This document shows, piece after piece, positions 1-9,565 of a stretch of 64,000 bases of DNA. The stretch spans positions 4,345 through 68,344 of the forward strand of contig JAJZKM010000002.1 in NCBI GenBank assembly GCA_021804085.1, written 5' to 3'. This DNA is from a bacterium (GTDB lineage: Bacteria; Patescibacteriota; Saccharimonadia; Saccharimonadales; UBA4665). A model generated the notes under the pieces. It searched no databases. It saw only the letters and a list, made by a program, of their open reading frames with translations, and was not told the origin of the DNA. Both the position numbers and the translations under genes were made by a program. Every line of letters starts with the position of its first letter. Position 1 is the stretch's first letter.

Positions 1-521
1 GCGTTACCGGAATTGGCTATGAGGTTTTTACGACTGACGATACTTTAGCGTCGGTCGATCAAAATCAAAAAATCAAACTATATATACATGAACAAATCAA
101 AGAAGATGTTCATGATTTATACGGATTTCTTTTTTTTGAAGAGAAAGAACTATTCGAAAAACTACTTTCTGTAAAAAATGTTGGACCTAGGGTAGCCTTA
201 TCGGTGTTAAATATTGGTAGTGCAGAGAAAGTTAAAGGGGCAATTGTAGGTGGTGATGCAGTGCTTTTACAAAGCGCTAAGGGGGTTGGGCGACGTGCCG
301 CAGAGCAAATCATAGTTGAGCTACGCGATCGTTTGGGTCTAAGTTCTAGTGATGCGGCAGAGGCTGTGGCTCAAAGAAGTGGAGGTAATTTATCTGATGA
401 GGCCGTGGAGGCGCTTATGAGTTTAGGATATAGCTCACATGATGCTTCAGCTGCTCTAGCTGGTATAGATAAAGAAATTCCAGTGGAGGCTAGGATCAAA
501 CAGGCTTTGAAAAAAGGATAG
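1..521 (+). CDS. ruvA: Holliday junction branch-migration subunit RuvA, 5' end outside window
   Basis: Frame open from base 3. Translation VTGIGYEVFTTDD...LLSVKNVGPRVALSVLNIG...LLQSAKGVGRRAAEQIIVELRDRLG matches the RuvA OB/HhH2 domains plus C-terminal domain. ruvB follows. Confidence 0.85.
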   Translation, partial: VTGIGYEVFTTDDTLASVDQNQKIKLYIHEQIKEDVHDLYGFLFFEEKELFEKLLSVKNVGPRVALSVLNIGSAEKVKGAIVGGDAVLLQSAKGVGRRAAEQIIVELRDRLGLSSSDAAEAVAQRSGGNLSDEAVEALMSLGYSSHDASAALAGIDKEIPVEARIKQALKKG

Positions 522-819
522 TTTATTCAACTACTTCTGAATAAAATCAAAAAATAAACAATAATCTTAAATTCTAAAACCAAACTTAACTTAATTTTAG
601 GCTGAACATAACGTCTTTTATTTTAATAAAATAATAATTTTTGCTTAAAACATACATTAGCTATAAAAATACATGCCAAAAACATGAACAAATTGATAAT
701 ATGGGCCACACGAAAGACAGCTCATAAGATGCGCAATAAGGTCATCCTTGTACGGATATTACTAATAAGGGCTACTATATCCAGAGTTAATTGTTTAAAG
801 CTGTTAAAATAGCAGGAGT

Positions 820-1854
820 ATGATCGATAGAATAATCAGCTCGAGCGGTGCAGGTTCTCTTGGTGATGAGGATTCAGAGATTGAGGTTACACTTCGTCCA
901 CGAGACTTTGCAAGCTATATTGGCCAAGATCGGCTGAAAGATAATTTGAAACTGGCAATTGCTGCCGCAAAAAAACGTGGCGAACCTCTTGATCACATAT
1001 TGCTTTATGGTCCTCCCGGTTTGGGAAAAACTACTATGGCAAGTGTTATTGCTAACGAAATGGGTGCACAAATAAAAATTACTAGTGGCCCTGCAATTGA
1101 ACGCCCAGGAGATTTAGCTAGTTTGCTAACAAATCTTTCCGACCAGGATATTCTCTTTATTGATGAAATCCATCGGCTTCACCATACCGTAGAAGAGGTT
1201 TTATATACCGCCATGGAAGATTTTAAGCTTGATATTATGATTGGTAAAGGTCCTTCTGCACGTAGTCTTAGATTAGATTTGCCGCACTTTACTATTATTG
1301 GAGCAACAACACGGACTGGATCGATAGCCGCTCCGTTGAGAGATCGATTCGGAATGGTATATCGTCTTGATTTTTATACTCAGGAACAGATTGAGGCTAT
1401 TATACGTCGAGCAGCGAAAATACTTAATGTCGAGATTAAACCTGAGGCAGCAAAAATTATTGCACAACGAGCACGGTTAACCCCAAGAATTGCCAATCGT
1501 TTACTGAAGAGAGTTAGGGATTATGCTGATATCAATGGAGACGGGATTATTGATTCTGAAATTAGTCATCGAACTCTAGAACTCCTAGATATAGACGTAT
1601 TGGGCCTCGATCCGGTAGATCGTTTATTATTGCTTGCAATCATAGATAATTATCGTGGTGGTCCAGTCGGAGTAGAGACTCTTGCTGCCATTACTGCTGA
1701 AGAAAGAGCTACGATTGAAGATATGGTTGAACCTTATCTTTTGCAAATTGGTTTGCTTGAAAGGACTCCAAGAGGTCGCAAAGCGACAGTAAAGGCGTAT
1801 ACTCATTTGGGAAAAAGTAAAAAAACTGACAATAATCAGTCAAGCTTGATCTAG
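820..1854 (+). CDS. ruvB: Holliday junction DNA helicase RuvB
   Basis: 344 aa. Walker [14 protein letters not shown], Walker [11 protein letters not shown], RuvB-type winged-helix C-terminus. Confidence 0.97.
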   Translation: MIDRIISSSGAGSLGDEDSEIEVTLRPRDFASYIGQDRLKDNLKLAIAAAKKRGEPLDHILLYGPPGLGKTTMASVIANEMGAQIKITSGPAIERPGDLASLLTNLSDQDILFIDEIHRLHHTVEEVLYTAMEDFKLDIMIGKGPSARSLRLDLPHFTIIGATTRTGSIAAPLRDRFGMVYRLDFYTQEQIEAIIRRAAKILNVEIKPEAAKIIAQRARLTPRIANRLLKRVRDYADINGDGIIDSEISHRTLELLDIDVLGLDPVDRLLLLAIIDNYRGGPVGVETLAAITAEERATIEDMVEPYLLQIGLLERTPRGRKATVKAYTHLGKSKKTDNNQSSLI

Positions 1855-2156
1855 TTAAAAGGATTTGAACGACTTGTATCAAATAAGGCTTGGACATTAA
1901 CGGAATTATTTTTCATCTGCTCGATTCGTTTTACTGTTCTAGGATTAATTTCTGGAGGACTAGTAGCTACTAAATCGCTGGAAACTTGCGCCGATGTAGG
2001 TTGTGCGTCCTTGAAATTATTTATTTGAAATATCATGTAGCCGTAAAGAACAATTAAAAGTATCAAAAACAATATGCTTACAATAGGTTGTATTTTAGCA
2101 AGCTTTACATGAAGATTATTGATTCTTAAGGTTTTATTTTTTTTATCGTTTTTCAT
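1851..2156 (-). CDS. Small single-pass membrane protein, last gene of the pilus operon
   Basis: 101 aa with one TM ([19 protein letters not shown]). Its start overlaps the pilO-like stop; its 3' end overlaps the ruvB stop by 4 nt convergently. Confidence 0.5.
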   Translation of the reverse strand: MKNDKKNKTLRINNLHVKLAKIQPIVSILFLILLIVLYGYMIFQINNFKDAQPTSAQVSSDLVATSPPEINPRTVKRIEQMKNNSVNVQALFDTSRSNPFN

Positions 2157-2779
2157 TGCGGCTTTATATATTCTTCTATAATTAAACTAAAATTTATCAA
2201 ACCAGTTTTTTGGGGTTGAATGTTTAAGCTGGTGACTAAACTGGTACGTCTATTTTGCTCAAGGTTTGACAAGAAAGTATAAAAATTCGAATAACTAACT
2301 GCGTTATTTGAGCCGCTATTCGAAACAGTTATTGGTAGTTCGTAAATGCCAGGTATTCCTTTTACTGGAGTTAGCTGGGATAGTGATAAAGTACTACTTG
2401 TTGGGGCTGTACCTGTTTGATTCCCAAGGTTGGAATTGGGGAAGGTAATTCCGGATAGGCTTATGTTATTTGATTGGGCAATCTTGACTATTTCTCGAAC
2501 TGTTTGTGCCTGATCTTTGTCTTGTGGCACAATACTTTGCGAAATCTGTTCCAGGGAAGAATATTTTTTAATTTCTTTTTGTGCCGAAACTAAGTAAGCT
2601 TCTTCTTGAGTAAGTGCCTGTTTTTCTGCTTTTAGCTCGGTAAGATTGATGCTCGTGTGTCTTAAACGTGAAATAACTTCATTAGCCCCGATTAAGGTAA
2701 TCGCTATAAGAGCAACAATTATAAACATCAGAATGCGGTTTAATAGTTTGTTGTTTAAATTTAATTTTCCACCCATCAA
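2153..2779 (-). CDS. pilO: Type IV pilus assembly protein PilO-like
   Basis: 208 aa with an N-terminal TM, then a coiled coil (LTELKAEKQALTQEEAYL). Position after pilM-pilN, with overlapping start/stop. Confidence 0.6.
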   Translation of the reverse strand: MMGGKLNLNNKLLNRILMFIIVALIAITLIGANEVISRLRHTSINLTELKAEKQALTQEEAYLVSAQKEIKKYSSLEQISQSIVPQDKDQAQTVREIVKIAQSNNISLSGITFPNSNLGNQTGTAPTSSTLSLSQLTPVKGIPGIYELPITVSNSGSNNAVSYSNFYTFLSNLEQNRRTSLVTSLNIQPQKTGLINFSLIIEEYIKPQ

Positions 2780-3402
2780 TTAGTACCTTTTTGATTAATG
2801 AACATAAAACTGTTGTTGGGAGCAAATTGTGCCCTGAGGTTTACTGTGCATGGATAAGCGCTATTTGCTGAATTAGTGCTTGCTGAATTAGTGCTTGAAT
2901 TTGTGCAATTAATGTTATTAAGGTCAACTTTAGAAAATATACCATTCATGGGGTTAGATAGATTAATTTGAATCTGAGTTGCAGTAATATAGTTAGTAGC
3001 TTCTGCGGATATATCCAATCCTGAACCTTTAGAAGTTGCTGTTATGTTAAGACTTGTTAAATTAGCCCCGAGCGGCATATCCTCGGCCATCTGTGAGAGT
3101 AGCTTAGAGAACATGACCTCATGAGAGAGTACTTTTACTACCAAAGAGAAATCATTAGATATGGTTTGTACCTTGTTTTCTGTAGCCGTTAGGTGTTCTG
3201 CTGTCAGATTTCTTTTAAGTACTATTATTTGGTGATTATTAGAGTTGGATTCTTGGCGCAAAACTATCCAACCATAAGTTCCTATTATGCCAAGTCCTAC
3301 TAAGCTAAAAATTAAGGCAATGACCCGTTGTAATAATTTTTGGTTTAGTATGGCATAGTGGTATGATCGTTTAATATCTGGTGGTAAAAGGTTTATAGGC
3401 AT
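2776..3402 (-). CDS. pilN: Type IV pilus assembly protein PilN-like
   Basis: Starts MPINLLPPDIKR (PilN-type INLLP motif) followed by a TM. Lies directly after pilM. Confidence 0.7.
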   Translation of the reverse strand: MPINLLPPDIKRSYHYAILNQKLLQRVIALIFSLVGLGIIGTYGWIVLRQESNSNNHQIIVLKRNLTAEHLTATENKVQTISNDFSLVVKVLSHEVMFSKLLSQMAEDMPLGANLTSLNITATSKGSGLDISAEATNYITATQIQINLSNPMNGIFSKVDLNNINCTNSSTNSASTNSANSAYPCTVNLRAQFAPNNSFMFINQKGTN

Positions 3403-4506
3403 TTAAAATATCTCTTTATAGTTAACCATAGACAATCCTGCTGCGGTGGCGTACATTTGTTTGTCGGAATGTGTCGGGAGTTTTAGGTTGTTAACTTCTA
3501 AGTATTGCCATGGATCGCACGGCCTTACTGCCAGTCTAAGTCTATCGGTAAGAAATTCATTGAGTCCCGGAATATTACTACCGCCACCCAAGGTAATTAA
3601 TTGCGAAATCTTATGCTCATCGCCATATCGTTCTTCGTAATAGCGAATTAATCGTTTAATTTCTCTAATAATTTGATCAAGGACTGGTTCCAAACCATTA
3701 CTGACTTCTTTTTGTCTTTTGCTCAGGCTTAGTCCATAACGAGTTTTAATAATGTGAGCTTCTTCATGGGTGACTTTAAGAGAATCTTCGATTGTTTTTG
3801 TAAATATCTCTCCTCCTCCTTGCACTGTACTGGCTGCAAGCATATAGGTGTCAACCACACTTATATCTGATGACAACGAACCGAAGTCGACGATAACCGT
3901 TGGTACATCACTTTGATAGTCTCTAGAGAAGAGTCTCACCGCAGCACTCATCGTGGTTTCTATAAGTACTGGTTCTAGACCCATAATTGCGGCCAATTCG
4001 ACATATGAATCAACAATGTTTTTTGGTACCGCAACCACCAGAAATTCTTTACCATTAGCGACATCGCGTGTTGGCTGGTAATCAAGGTATAGTTTATCTA
4101 GAGATACGGGTATGTATTGTTCTGCTTCCATATTCAGAGCCTCGCTAAGTTCGTTTGGGGAAAGCTCTTGTGGCAGTACTAATGAACGAGTAAAAGTTCT
4201 GTATGAGGGTATGGTCATGGCTACGCATTTTGTAGTGATATTTCCATTCAGGTGCTGTCCGAAGAGATTCTTTGCCTCTTCGGCAATTACTTCTGGCTTC
4301 ACCACAACACCATCGACGATGGCTTCCTTGTTAAAATGACAGCTACCGTATCCAATAAGGCTATCTATTTGTTTGACATTACCACTGTTACCGGTATTTT
4401 GGGGCTCGGAAGTCGTTTGCATGACTTTAAGAGAACCGTTTCCTATGTCCAGTCCAAATAAAGCCTTAGGTTTAAAAAAATGAGGTATTCTTTGTACGTT
4501 GCCCAC
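3403..4506 (-). CDS. pilM: Type IV pilus assembly ATPase-like protein PilM
   Basis: 367 aa actin-like fold. Motifs GLDIGNGSLKVMQ, VDFGSLSSDISV and LGGGSNIPGL. Confidence 0.85.
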   Translation of the reverse strand: MGNVQRIPHFFKPKALFGLDIGNGSLKVMQTTSEPQNTGNSGNVKQIDSLIGYGSCHFNKEAIVDGVVVKPEVIAEEAKNLFGQHLNGNITTKCVAMTIPSYRTFTRSLVLPQELSPNELSEALNMEAEQYIPVSLDKLYLDYQPTRDVANGKEFLVVAVPKNIVDSYVELAAIMGLEPVLIETTMSAAVRLFSRDYQSDVPTVIVDFGSLSSDISVVDTYMLAASTVQGGGEIFTKTIEDSLKVTHEEAHIIKTRYGLSLSKRQKEVSNGLEPVLDQIIREIKRLIRYYEERYGDEHKISQLITLGGGSNIPGLNEFLTDRLRLAVRPCDPWQYLEVNNLKLPTHSDKQMYATAAGLSMVNYKEIF

Positions 4507-4571
4507 AAGTATTGTTTAAATATCCTTAAATAGTATAGTTTTTTTATGCCAAAAAAGCACTAGCAATAAGT

Positions 4572-5111
4572 TTAATCGAGCTGTCTTAGGGTGTAAACAC
4601 CTGCTCCGTCCTCTAATGTGGCACTAAGCGTGTAACGATCACAGGTTTGGGCATTGTTCGCGCAGCTAATCCCGTTGTTGGTTGGATTATACCCAAAACA
4701 CCCAAGTTGAGGCTTTGAAAGTAGAATGGGGTTGCCATTAACGGTACAGTCCGCATTTTTGGGTGTCCAAAGAGGATCGGCGAGATAGCTTTCCTTAAAG
4801 TTTTTTAAATTTGCCTTTTGCCAGCTAGGATTGTTAAGCTCGGCTCTGGTCGGATAATATGTGTTTTGTGCGTAGAAAGTTTCCACGAAAACTTGTAACT
4901 GTCGAATAGCAGTGGTTCGCATGTCATTTCTCGAGCGAGCTTTTATGCCATCATAGGCATAACCAGTAATAGCAACTAAAAATATAACTGAGGCTAGTAC
5001 TATAAGTATTTCTATAAAGGTGAAACCGCTGTTTTTGTTCATTCTTTTTACGCTTAGTCCTCTTAGTCTTATTCTACTCATGTTTATTGAAAAATATAAT
5101 AAAAAGTTCAT
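4572..5111 (-). CDS. Prepilin-type N-terminal cleavage/methylation domain protein (minor pilin)
   Basis: Contains NS-GFTFIEILIVLASV, a class III signal. The ATG at 5111 overlaps the upstream stop (ATGA). An internal ATG at 5042 would give a canonical short leader MNKNSG, so the true start is uncertain. Confidence 0.75.
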   Translation of the reverse strand: MNFLLYFSINMSRIRLRGLSVKRMNKNSGFTFIEILIVLASVIFLVAITGYAYDGIKARSRNDMRTTAIRQLQVFVETFYAQNTYYPTRAELNNPSWQKANLKNFKESYLADPLWTPKNADCTVNGNPILLSKPQLGCFGYNPTNNGISCANNAQTCDRYTLSATLEDGAGVYTLRQLD

Positions 5112-6538
5112 GGGTTGTTAAAATATGGTTCGTAGCTTGTTATTGTCCATGTTTGAGTCCCGGAGGCTAATTGGGTCCCAAAAACAACCGAGCCTGCACC
5201 GCTTAGATCAACTGCTTGGCCGGTGGCCGCGCCAACATTCCCGCTGCCATTGATTGAAACTTGCCCCCAATAAGCGTCAAAAATTATTCCAGGAAGATTT
5301 ACTCTACCTCCTACGGAAATGGTTGTTATTTGTTGAGAATTATATAGATCGTTTCCAGATAGGGTTGAGCAATAATCTGTAGAGGTGGTTCCGGTGGTAC
5401 AAGGATTTGTACTAGAAAAAGAGATAAAATCTATTCCCGTACCGCTACTATTAGCGATAATTTGCGGTGATCCGTCTATTGTTATGGTGCCGTCCACCAT
5501 AACAACTGGCTGCGGGATACCATTAGCCACCGTAATCGTAGATGCTCCTCCTATACTTAAATTTCCCGTAATCCAGACATTACCATTGATCGTGACATTA
5601 CAACTACTATCGACAGATACGTTACCGGTCAATTCCAGATTGGCCGGCCAATTTCTATTAAAAGGCCAGGAATTGCAAACATAAGTATTACTAGTGCCAG
5701 AACTAGTGGTGGTAACCTGACTTATTTGTGACAATCGGTCGTATTGTGGAGGAGAAGCAACTGGACTCGTACAGTTGGCCTGTAGGCCGGTTCCGGTGCT
5801 GCCACCTTGAATGTTATTATTTGGTCCAGTACTGGTTTGTCCGGTAGCACATACCGACCCGTAAATGTCGGTGCTGTATTGAAGGCTAATTGGTTGGTTG
5901 CCATTTGTGCAAACTTCAGGATAAGTAGGACCAGGGCTACTACCGGTTGGGCAAATGTCATTACCTACGTCCACGGTAAGTGGATCGTTGTAGGTACCAA
6001 TTTGTGCCGCTCCAGACATAGTGATACTTCCTCCAACGTAAACACTGGAATTAGTTATATTGGCACTACCACTCAGATTAAGACCTCCAGGCCCAGTTAG
6101 CACAGAATAACCGCTACTCGCGGTACCCACAAGAATAACTTTTACTCCACGAGTTACATAAGGGGTGTTTGAGTTTGAATTTTGATAAACTTCTCCTAAA
6201 GAAATAACAACCAGGGAATTACCGTTTGATCCTTCAGTTACAGTAGTGGTGAATTTACCTACCCCTTGGGTTGAATTATTAAAGAAAAGCTGAGGTGTGC
6301 TATATCCCGCGAAAGAACTGTCGGCATCAAGTTCGTTCACTGTTTGCTCAATACCGGCTTCGGCGGTAAGTTCCGCATTTTGGGTATATTCTTCCAATCG
6401 TGCATGAGCATACTGGAGTGCTACTAACTGTGCCATAGTAAAGCCTATTGCCGTCAAGAATAGAGACATTACAATTACCGACACTAAAAACCATCCTTCT
6501 TCATTTTGTTTAATTTTTATATGCTTTGTTTTAAACAT
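5108..6538 (-). CDS. Large PilX_N-like minor pilin / putative pilus tip protein
   Basis: 476 aa. N-terminal hydrophobic helix (WFLVSVIVMSLFLTAIGFTMAQLVALQYAHARLE) without the G|FTLxE site, then a long G/S/T/N-rich repetitive region. Embedded among the minor pilins. Confidence 0.55.
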   Translation of the reverse strand: MFKTKHIKIKQNEEGWFLVSVIVMSLFLTAIGFTMAQLVALQYAHARLEEYTQNAELTAEAGIEQTVNELDADSSFAGYSTPQLFFNNSTQGVGKFTTTVTEGSNGNSLVVISLGEVYQNSNSNTPYVTRGVKVILVGTASSGYSVLTGPGGLNLSGSANITNSSVYVGGSITMSGAAQIGTYNDPLTVDVGNDICPTGSSPGPTYPEVCTNGNQPISLQYSTDIYGSVCATGQTSTGPNNNIQGGSTGTGLQANCTSPVASPPQYDRLSQISQVTTTSSGTSNTYVCNSWPFNRNWPANLELTGNVSVDSSCNVTINGNVWITGNLSIGGASTITVANGIPQPVVMVDGTITIDGSPQIIANSSGTGIDFISFSSTNPCTTGTTSTDYCSTLSGNDLYNSQQITTISVGGRVNLPGIIFDAYWGQVSINGSGNVGAATGQAVDLSGAGSVVFGTQLASGTQTWTITSYEPYFNNP

Positions 6539-7202
6539 TTCTAAAAACCATCCTTGTCGTATAGCTAGCGCTTACAGGTTCTGTACCGTATGGGGTAGAT
6601 ATTGTGATAGAAAGCTGAATCGCTCGAGCTTGGCCAGGACTAGACACTTGGTTATTGGCGTTGTAATAAGTAACATTCCAGTAAGTAACGCCAGTTGCGA
6701 TTACTTTATCTGGCGGACAAGAAGAGGTTGCGTCAGATGCTGGACAAGTAGTTACGGCAGCGTCGCCATCAATTCCAGAAGAAAGCGTACGCCTATAAAG
6801 TGTAGTTCCTGAAAGGAAATATATCTCATTGTCTTTGAGAGTAATATAGTTGGAGGAATCTTGATAAATTACGTTGCCGCTGCTGTCGGTGGCAACTTTT
6901 GCCAAAATAAGTACCTGCTGACCAGAAGTCCAACCGAATTGATTGCCGTTTGGCCCATTAGGATCTGGCCAGCGGTTTGTTGAATCTGAGTCCCCGGAAA
7001 GCATAATATCGTTATTAATCGTATCAAGTGCCGATTCGGCTGAGTATTGAAGGTTAGCTTTTGTTTGATCAAGACCAGCAGAATTCATCCAGTCAAATAT
7101 AAAATTTGCTAACGTCAGCGAAAGAATGCCTACGACCAACATAACTACTAATAACTCTAGGAGCGTAAAGCCATCTTGGCGGCTTGTTGCTAAAGTTTTC
7201 AT
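6531..7202 (-). CDS. Prepilin-type minor pilin (PilW-like)
   Basis: N-terminus RQDGFTLLELLVVMLVVGILSL. 223 aa. Overlaps both neighbours. Confidence 0.75.
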   Translation of the reverse strand: MKTLATSRQDGFTLLELLVVMLVVGILSLTLANFIFDWMNSAGLDQTKANLQYSAESALDTINNDIMLSGDSDSTNRWPDPNGPNGNQFGWTSGQQVLILAKVATDSSGNVIYQDSSNYITLKDNEIYFLSGTTLYRRTLSSGIDGDAAVTTCPASDATSSCPPDKVIATGVTYWNVTYYNANNQVSSPGQARAIQLSITISTPYGTEPVSASYTTRMVFRNV

Positions 7203-7630
7203 TGCGCAATTCCAATTATGCCAATATCAGAACTTAATGTGACATTTGTTGTATTTCCGTAAAGAGTATAACTGATCGTTACGTCTATCCGTTTTAGTCC
7301 CGCAGGACAGGGGTTGGGGATAGCCGTAGTAGCAGCACATACCGCCACGCTGCCAGTAGCGTCACGTGGTAAACCTGGCAGGGGCGAAAACGAAAAACTG
7401 CCTGTATTTAACGAATCATAGTCGTTGTTTCGTAAATCCTCAATTTCGGTTCGGGCATCTCTTACTGCCAGGTCATAGGTTTGGGTATTATTTTCGGTTT
7501 GCTGGACTAAATAATATAGCATTGACATGCTGGTGATAACTATACCGAGAACAATAATAGTCACCATTAATTCAATTAATGTAAATCCATTATCGTTACT
7601 TTGTCGCTTTACCACCGCTATTTTGTTCAT
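7199..7630 (-). CDS. Prepilin-type minor pilin (PilV-like)
   Basis: N-terminus NDNGFTLIELMVTIIVLGIV. 143 aa. Confidence 0.75.
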   Translation of the reverse strand: MNKIAVVKRQSNDNGFTLIELMVTIIVLGIVITSMSMLYYLVQQTENNTQTYDLAVRDARTEIEDLRNNDYDSLNTGSFSFSPLPGLPRDATGSVAVCAATTAIPNPCPAGLKRIDVTISYTLYGNTTNVTLSSDIGIIGIAQ

Positions 7631-7651
7631 TCACTAACCTATGACCATTAT

Positions 7652-7686
7652 AAAACCGCTGAGAGACTAAGCTCAAGCGGTTTTAT
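7652..7686 (-). terminator. Rho-independent terminator/attenuator after the major pilin gene
   Basis: On the minus strand: AACCGCT-(15 nt loop)-AGCGGTT followed by TTTATAAT, about 20 nt after the pilA stop. Confidence 0.6.
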
Positions 7687-7705
7687 GTTGGTTAAGGCTA
7701 AACCC

Positions 7706-8203
7706 TTAATTGGTTACTGTAATCGGACCTTGTGGTGCAGCTGTAGTAGTTGCAGTTAAAGTAAAGCCGGTGCAGGCGGTCGTTCCGGGGGTTATCACGC
7801 CAGCAGAGGTTATAGTATCACCGCAACCGGTAGGGGTAACTGCATAGAGGTATCCTGCGCTATCGGTAAATGTTCCACACATTGTGTTATTGCTTCCTCC
7901 CTGAGTTGAATTTAGCCAATAATCTACATTAAGTGTAGTTGTTGCTGAAGGTGAACCGCTTCCACAGCTAAGGGGTGTGGCTGTTGAGCCCACCGCAGGA
8001 TAGCTGTTGTTGTCAGCGTAGTATTCAGCTAGTTTGTTCTTGACTTCCGCTAAAGTTGACTGTGCTGCGGCCTGATGCGCTTTACTTGTTGTTCCGTTGT
8101 AGGCAACAAACGCTATCGCCGCCAATATACCTATAATGATAATAACTATTAGTAACTCGATAAGGGTAAACCCTTTATTACTCACTCGCTTGTATTTAGA
8201 CAT
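7706..8203 (-). CDS. pilA: Major type IV pilin
   Basis: SNKGFTLIELLIVIIIIGILAAIAFVAYNG, a classical type IVa pilin N-terminus. 165 aa with a Cys-containing C-terminal region. First pilin after pilC and followed by a terminator. Confidence 0.8.
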   Translation of the reverse strand: MSKYKRVSNKGFTLIELLIVIIIIGILAAIAFVAYNGTTSKAHQAAAQSTLAEVKNKLAEYYADNNSYPAVGSTATPLSCGSGSPSATTTLNVDYWLNSTQGGSNNTMCGTFTDSAGYLYAVTPTGCGDTITSAGVITPGTTACTGFTLTATTTAAPQGPITVTN

Positions 8204-8291
8204 TGCCCTTTTTTGCCCACCTTTCTAATGGTTCTAATTTTTCGACCAGATATTTATTCTTTTCATCTGTATACAACATTATTTCTTATGC

Positions 8292-9557
8292 TTAAAATAA
8301 AGTCAATATATGTGTGAGAATAAGAACACCTGATGCGCTGGTTTCGGCTTTAGTGATTGGACCAAAAACACTTACTGCGATTAGCCCGACAATACATCCG
8401 AGCATAATAATCATTACCGGTTCGATTATCGAAGAAATTCCAGCCACAGCAACATCAACTTCATCCTCATAGAAGTCGGCTACTTTAAGTATTATTTCAT
8501 CAGTTTTACCGGTTTCCTCGCCTACTGCTAACATCTGAACGACTATTCCAGGAAAATGAGGCTGTTTAGCGAGTTCTGTAGCAAAACTCGAACCAGATTG
8601 TACGGCTTTTGAACAATTTAGAAGTTCTTTCTCAATCACTGCGTTACCTATTGCATGAGCTGTAGTTTCGATGGCTTCTACGATAGATACGCCGGCGCTC
8701 ATTAGAGAAGCAAAAATACGAGAAAATCGAGCTATTGAGGTCTTAATAATAATGTTTCTGATAGATGGTATCCTTAGTAGTGCCGAATGCCATACGTATC
8801 GTCCCTTATCGGTGCTTATGTAGTGTCGGAAAAAAATGATGATAATCGGCAAGATGACCACGAAACCTATGATAAACTCTGGCGATTTCATTATGTGGCT
8901 TAGGGATAATAGGACTCTAGTATAGATCGGTAGTTTTTCTTTACCCTGGCTAAGTTCGTTCAAGATTAAACCTATCTTGGGAACTATGAAGGTCATTAAG
9001 ATAAAAAATGCGATAATAGTAACTGAAAATATAACCATAGGGTAGATCATTGCACCACGAATCTTGCTGTGTAGGGATGAATCTTTTTCTTGTTGGTAGG
9101 CTAAACGATTGAGTACCTTATCCAAAATACCTCCAGCCTCCCCGGCGCGGACCATATTTACATAAATAGGCGAGAATGCTTGCTGGTGTTTGCCTAAGGC
9201 TTCACTCAAGCTCGTACCGCTTTGAATATCTACTATTACTTTTGTCAGTACCTCGCGCAAGATTAATGATTCGGTTTGATCGCGTAGTAGTGACAGACTA
9301 CGTAGAATTGGCACTCCGGCATCTACCATGGTAGATAATTGACGCGTAAACATAACAAGATCTTTACTTTTGACCTTGTGCTTTCCAGGTAACCTGATCT
9401 CCATGTTAAGGCCGCCTTTTTTAGGCTCTTCGACGATTAATGGGCTTAGTTGGCGGCTACGCAAGGCTTCAATAGCGCCCTGTTTGGTTCGGGCATTAAT
9501 TGTTCCTTTTTGGATCTGTCCATTGGTTGATCTTGCGGTATATATATAGTCAGGCAT
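8292..9557 (-). CDS. pilC: Type IV pilus platform protein PilC (GspF family)
   Basis: 421 aa with two GspF-type repeats and 3 TM segments. Adjacent to pilB. Confidence 0.9.
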   Translation of the reverse strand: MPDYIYTARSTNGQIQKGTINARTKQGAIEALRSRQLSPLIVEEPKKGGLNMEIRLPGKHKVKSKDLVMFTRQLSTMVDAGVPILRSLSLLRDQTESLILREVLTKVIVDIQSGTSLSEALGKHQQAFSPIYVNMVRAGEAGGILDKVLNRLAYQQEKDSSLHSKIRGAMIYPMVIFSVTIIAFFILMTFIVPKIGLILNELSQGKEKLPIYTRVLLSLSHIMKSPEFIIGFVVILPIIIIFFRHYISTDKGRYVWHSALLRIPSIRNIIIKTSIARFSRIFASLMSAGVSIVEAIETTAHAIGNAVIEKELLNCSKAVQSGSSFATELAKQPHFPGIVVQMLAVGEETGKTDEIILKVADFYEDEVDVAVAGISSIIEPVMIIMLGCIVGLIAVSVFGPITKAETSASGVLILTHILTLF

Positions 9558-9565
9558 TGTTTTCC

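Noticed and set aside
4572-5111. Calling the minor pilin start definitively at 5042 (short MNKNSG leader)
   Set aside because: The 5111 ATG forms the same ATGA coupling used throughout the operon, and neither start has a clear RBS. Both options are therefore reported rather than one chosen.
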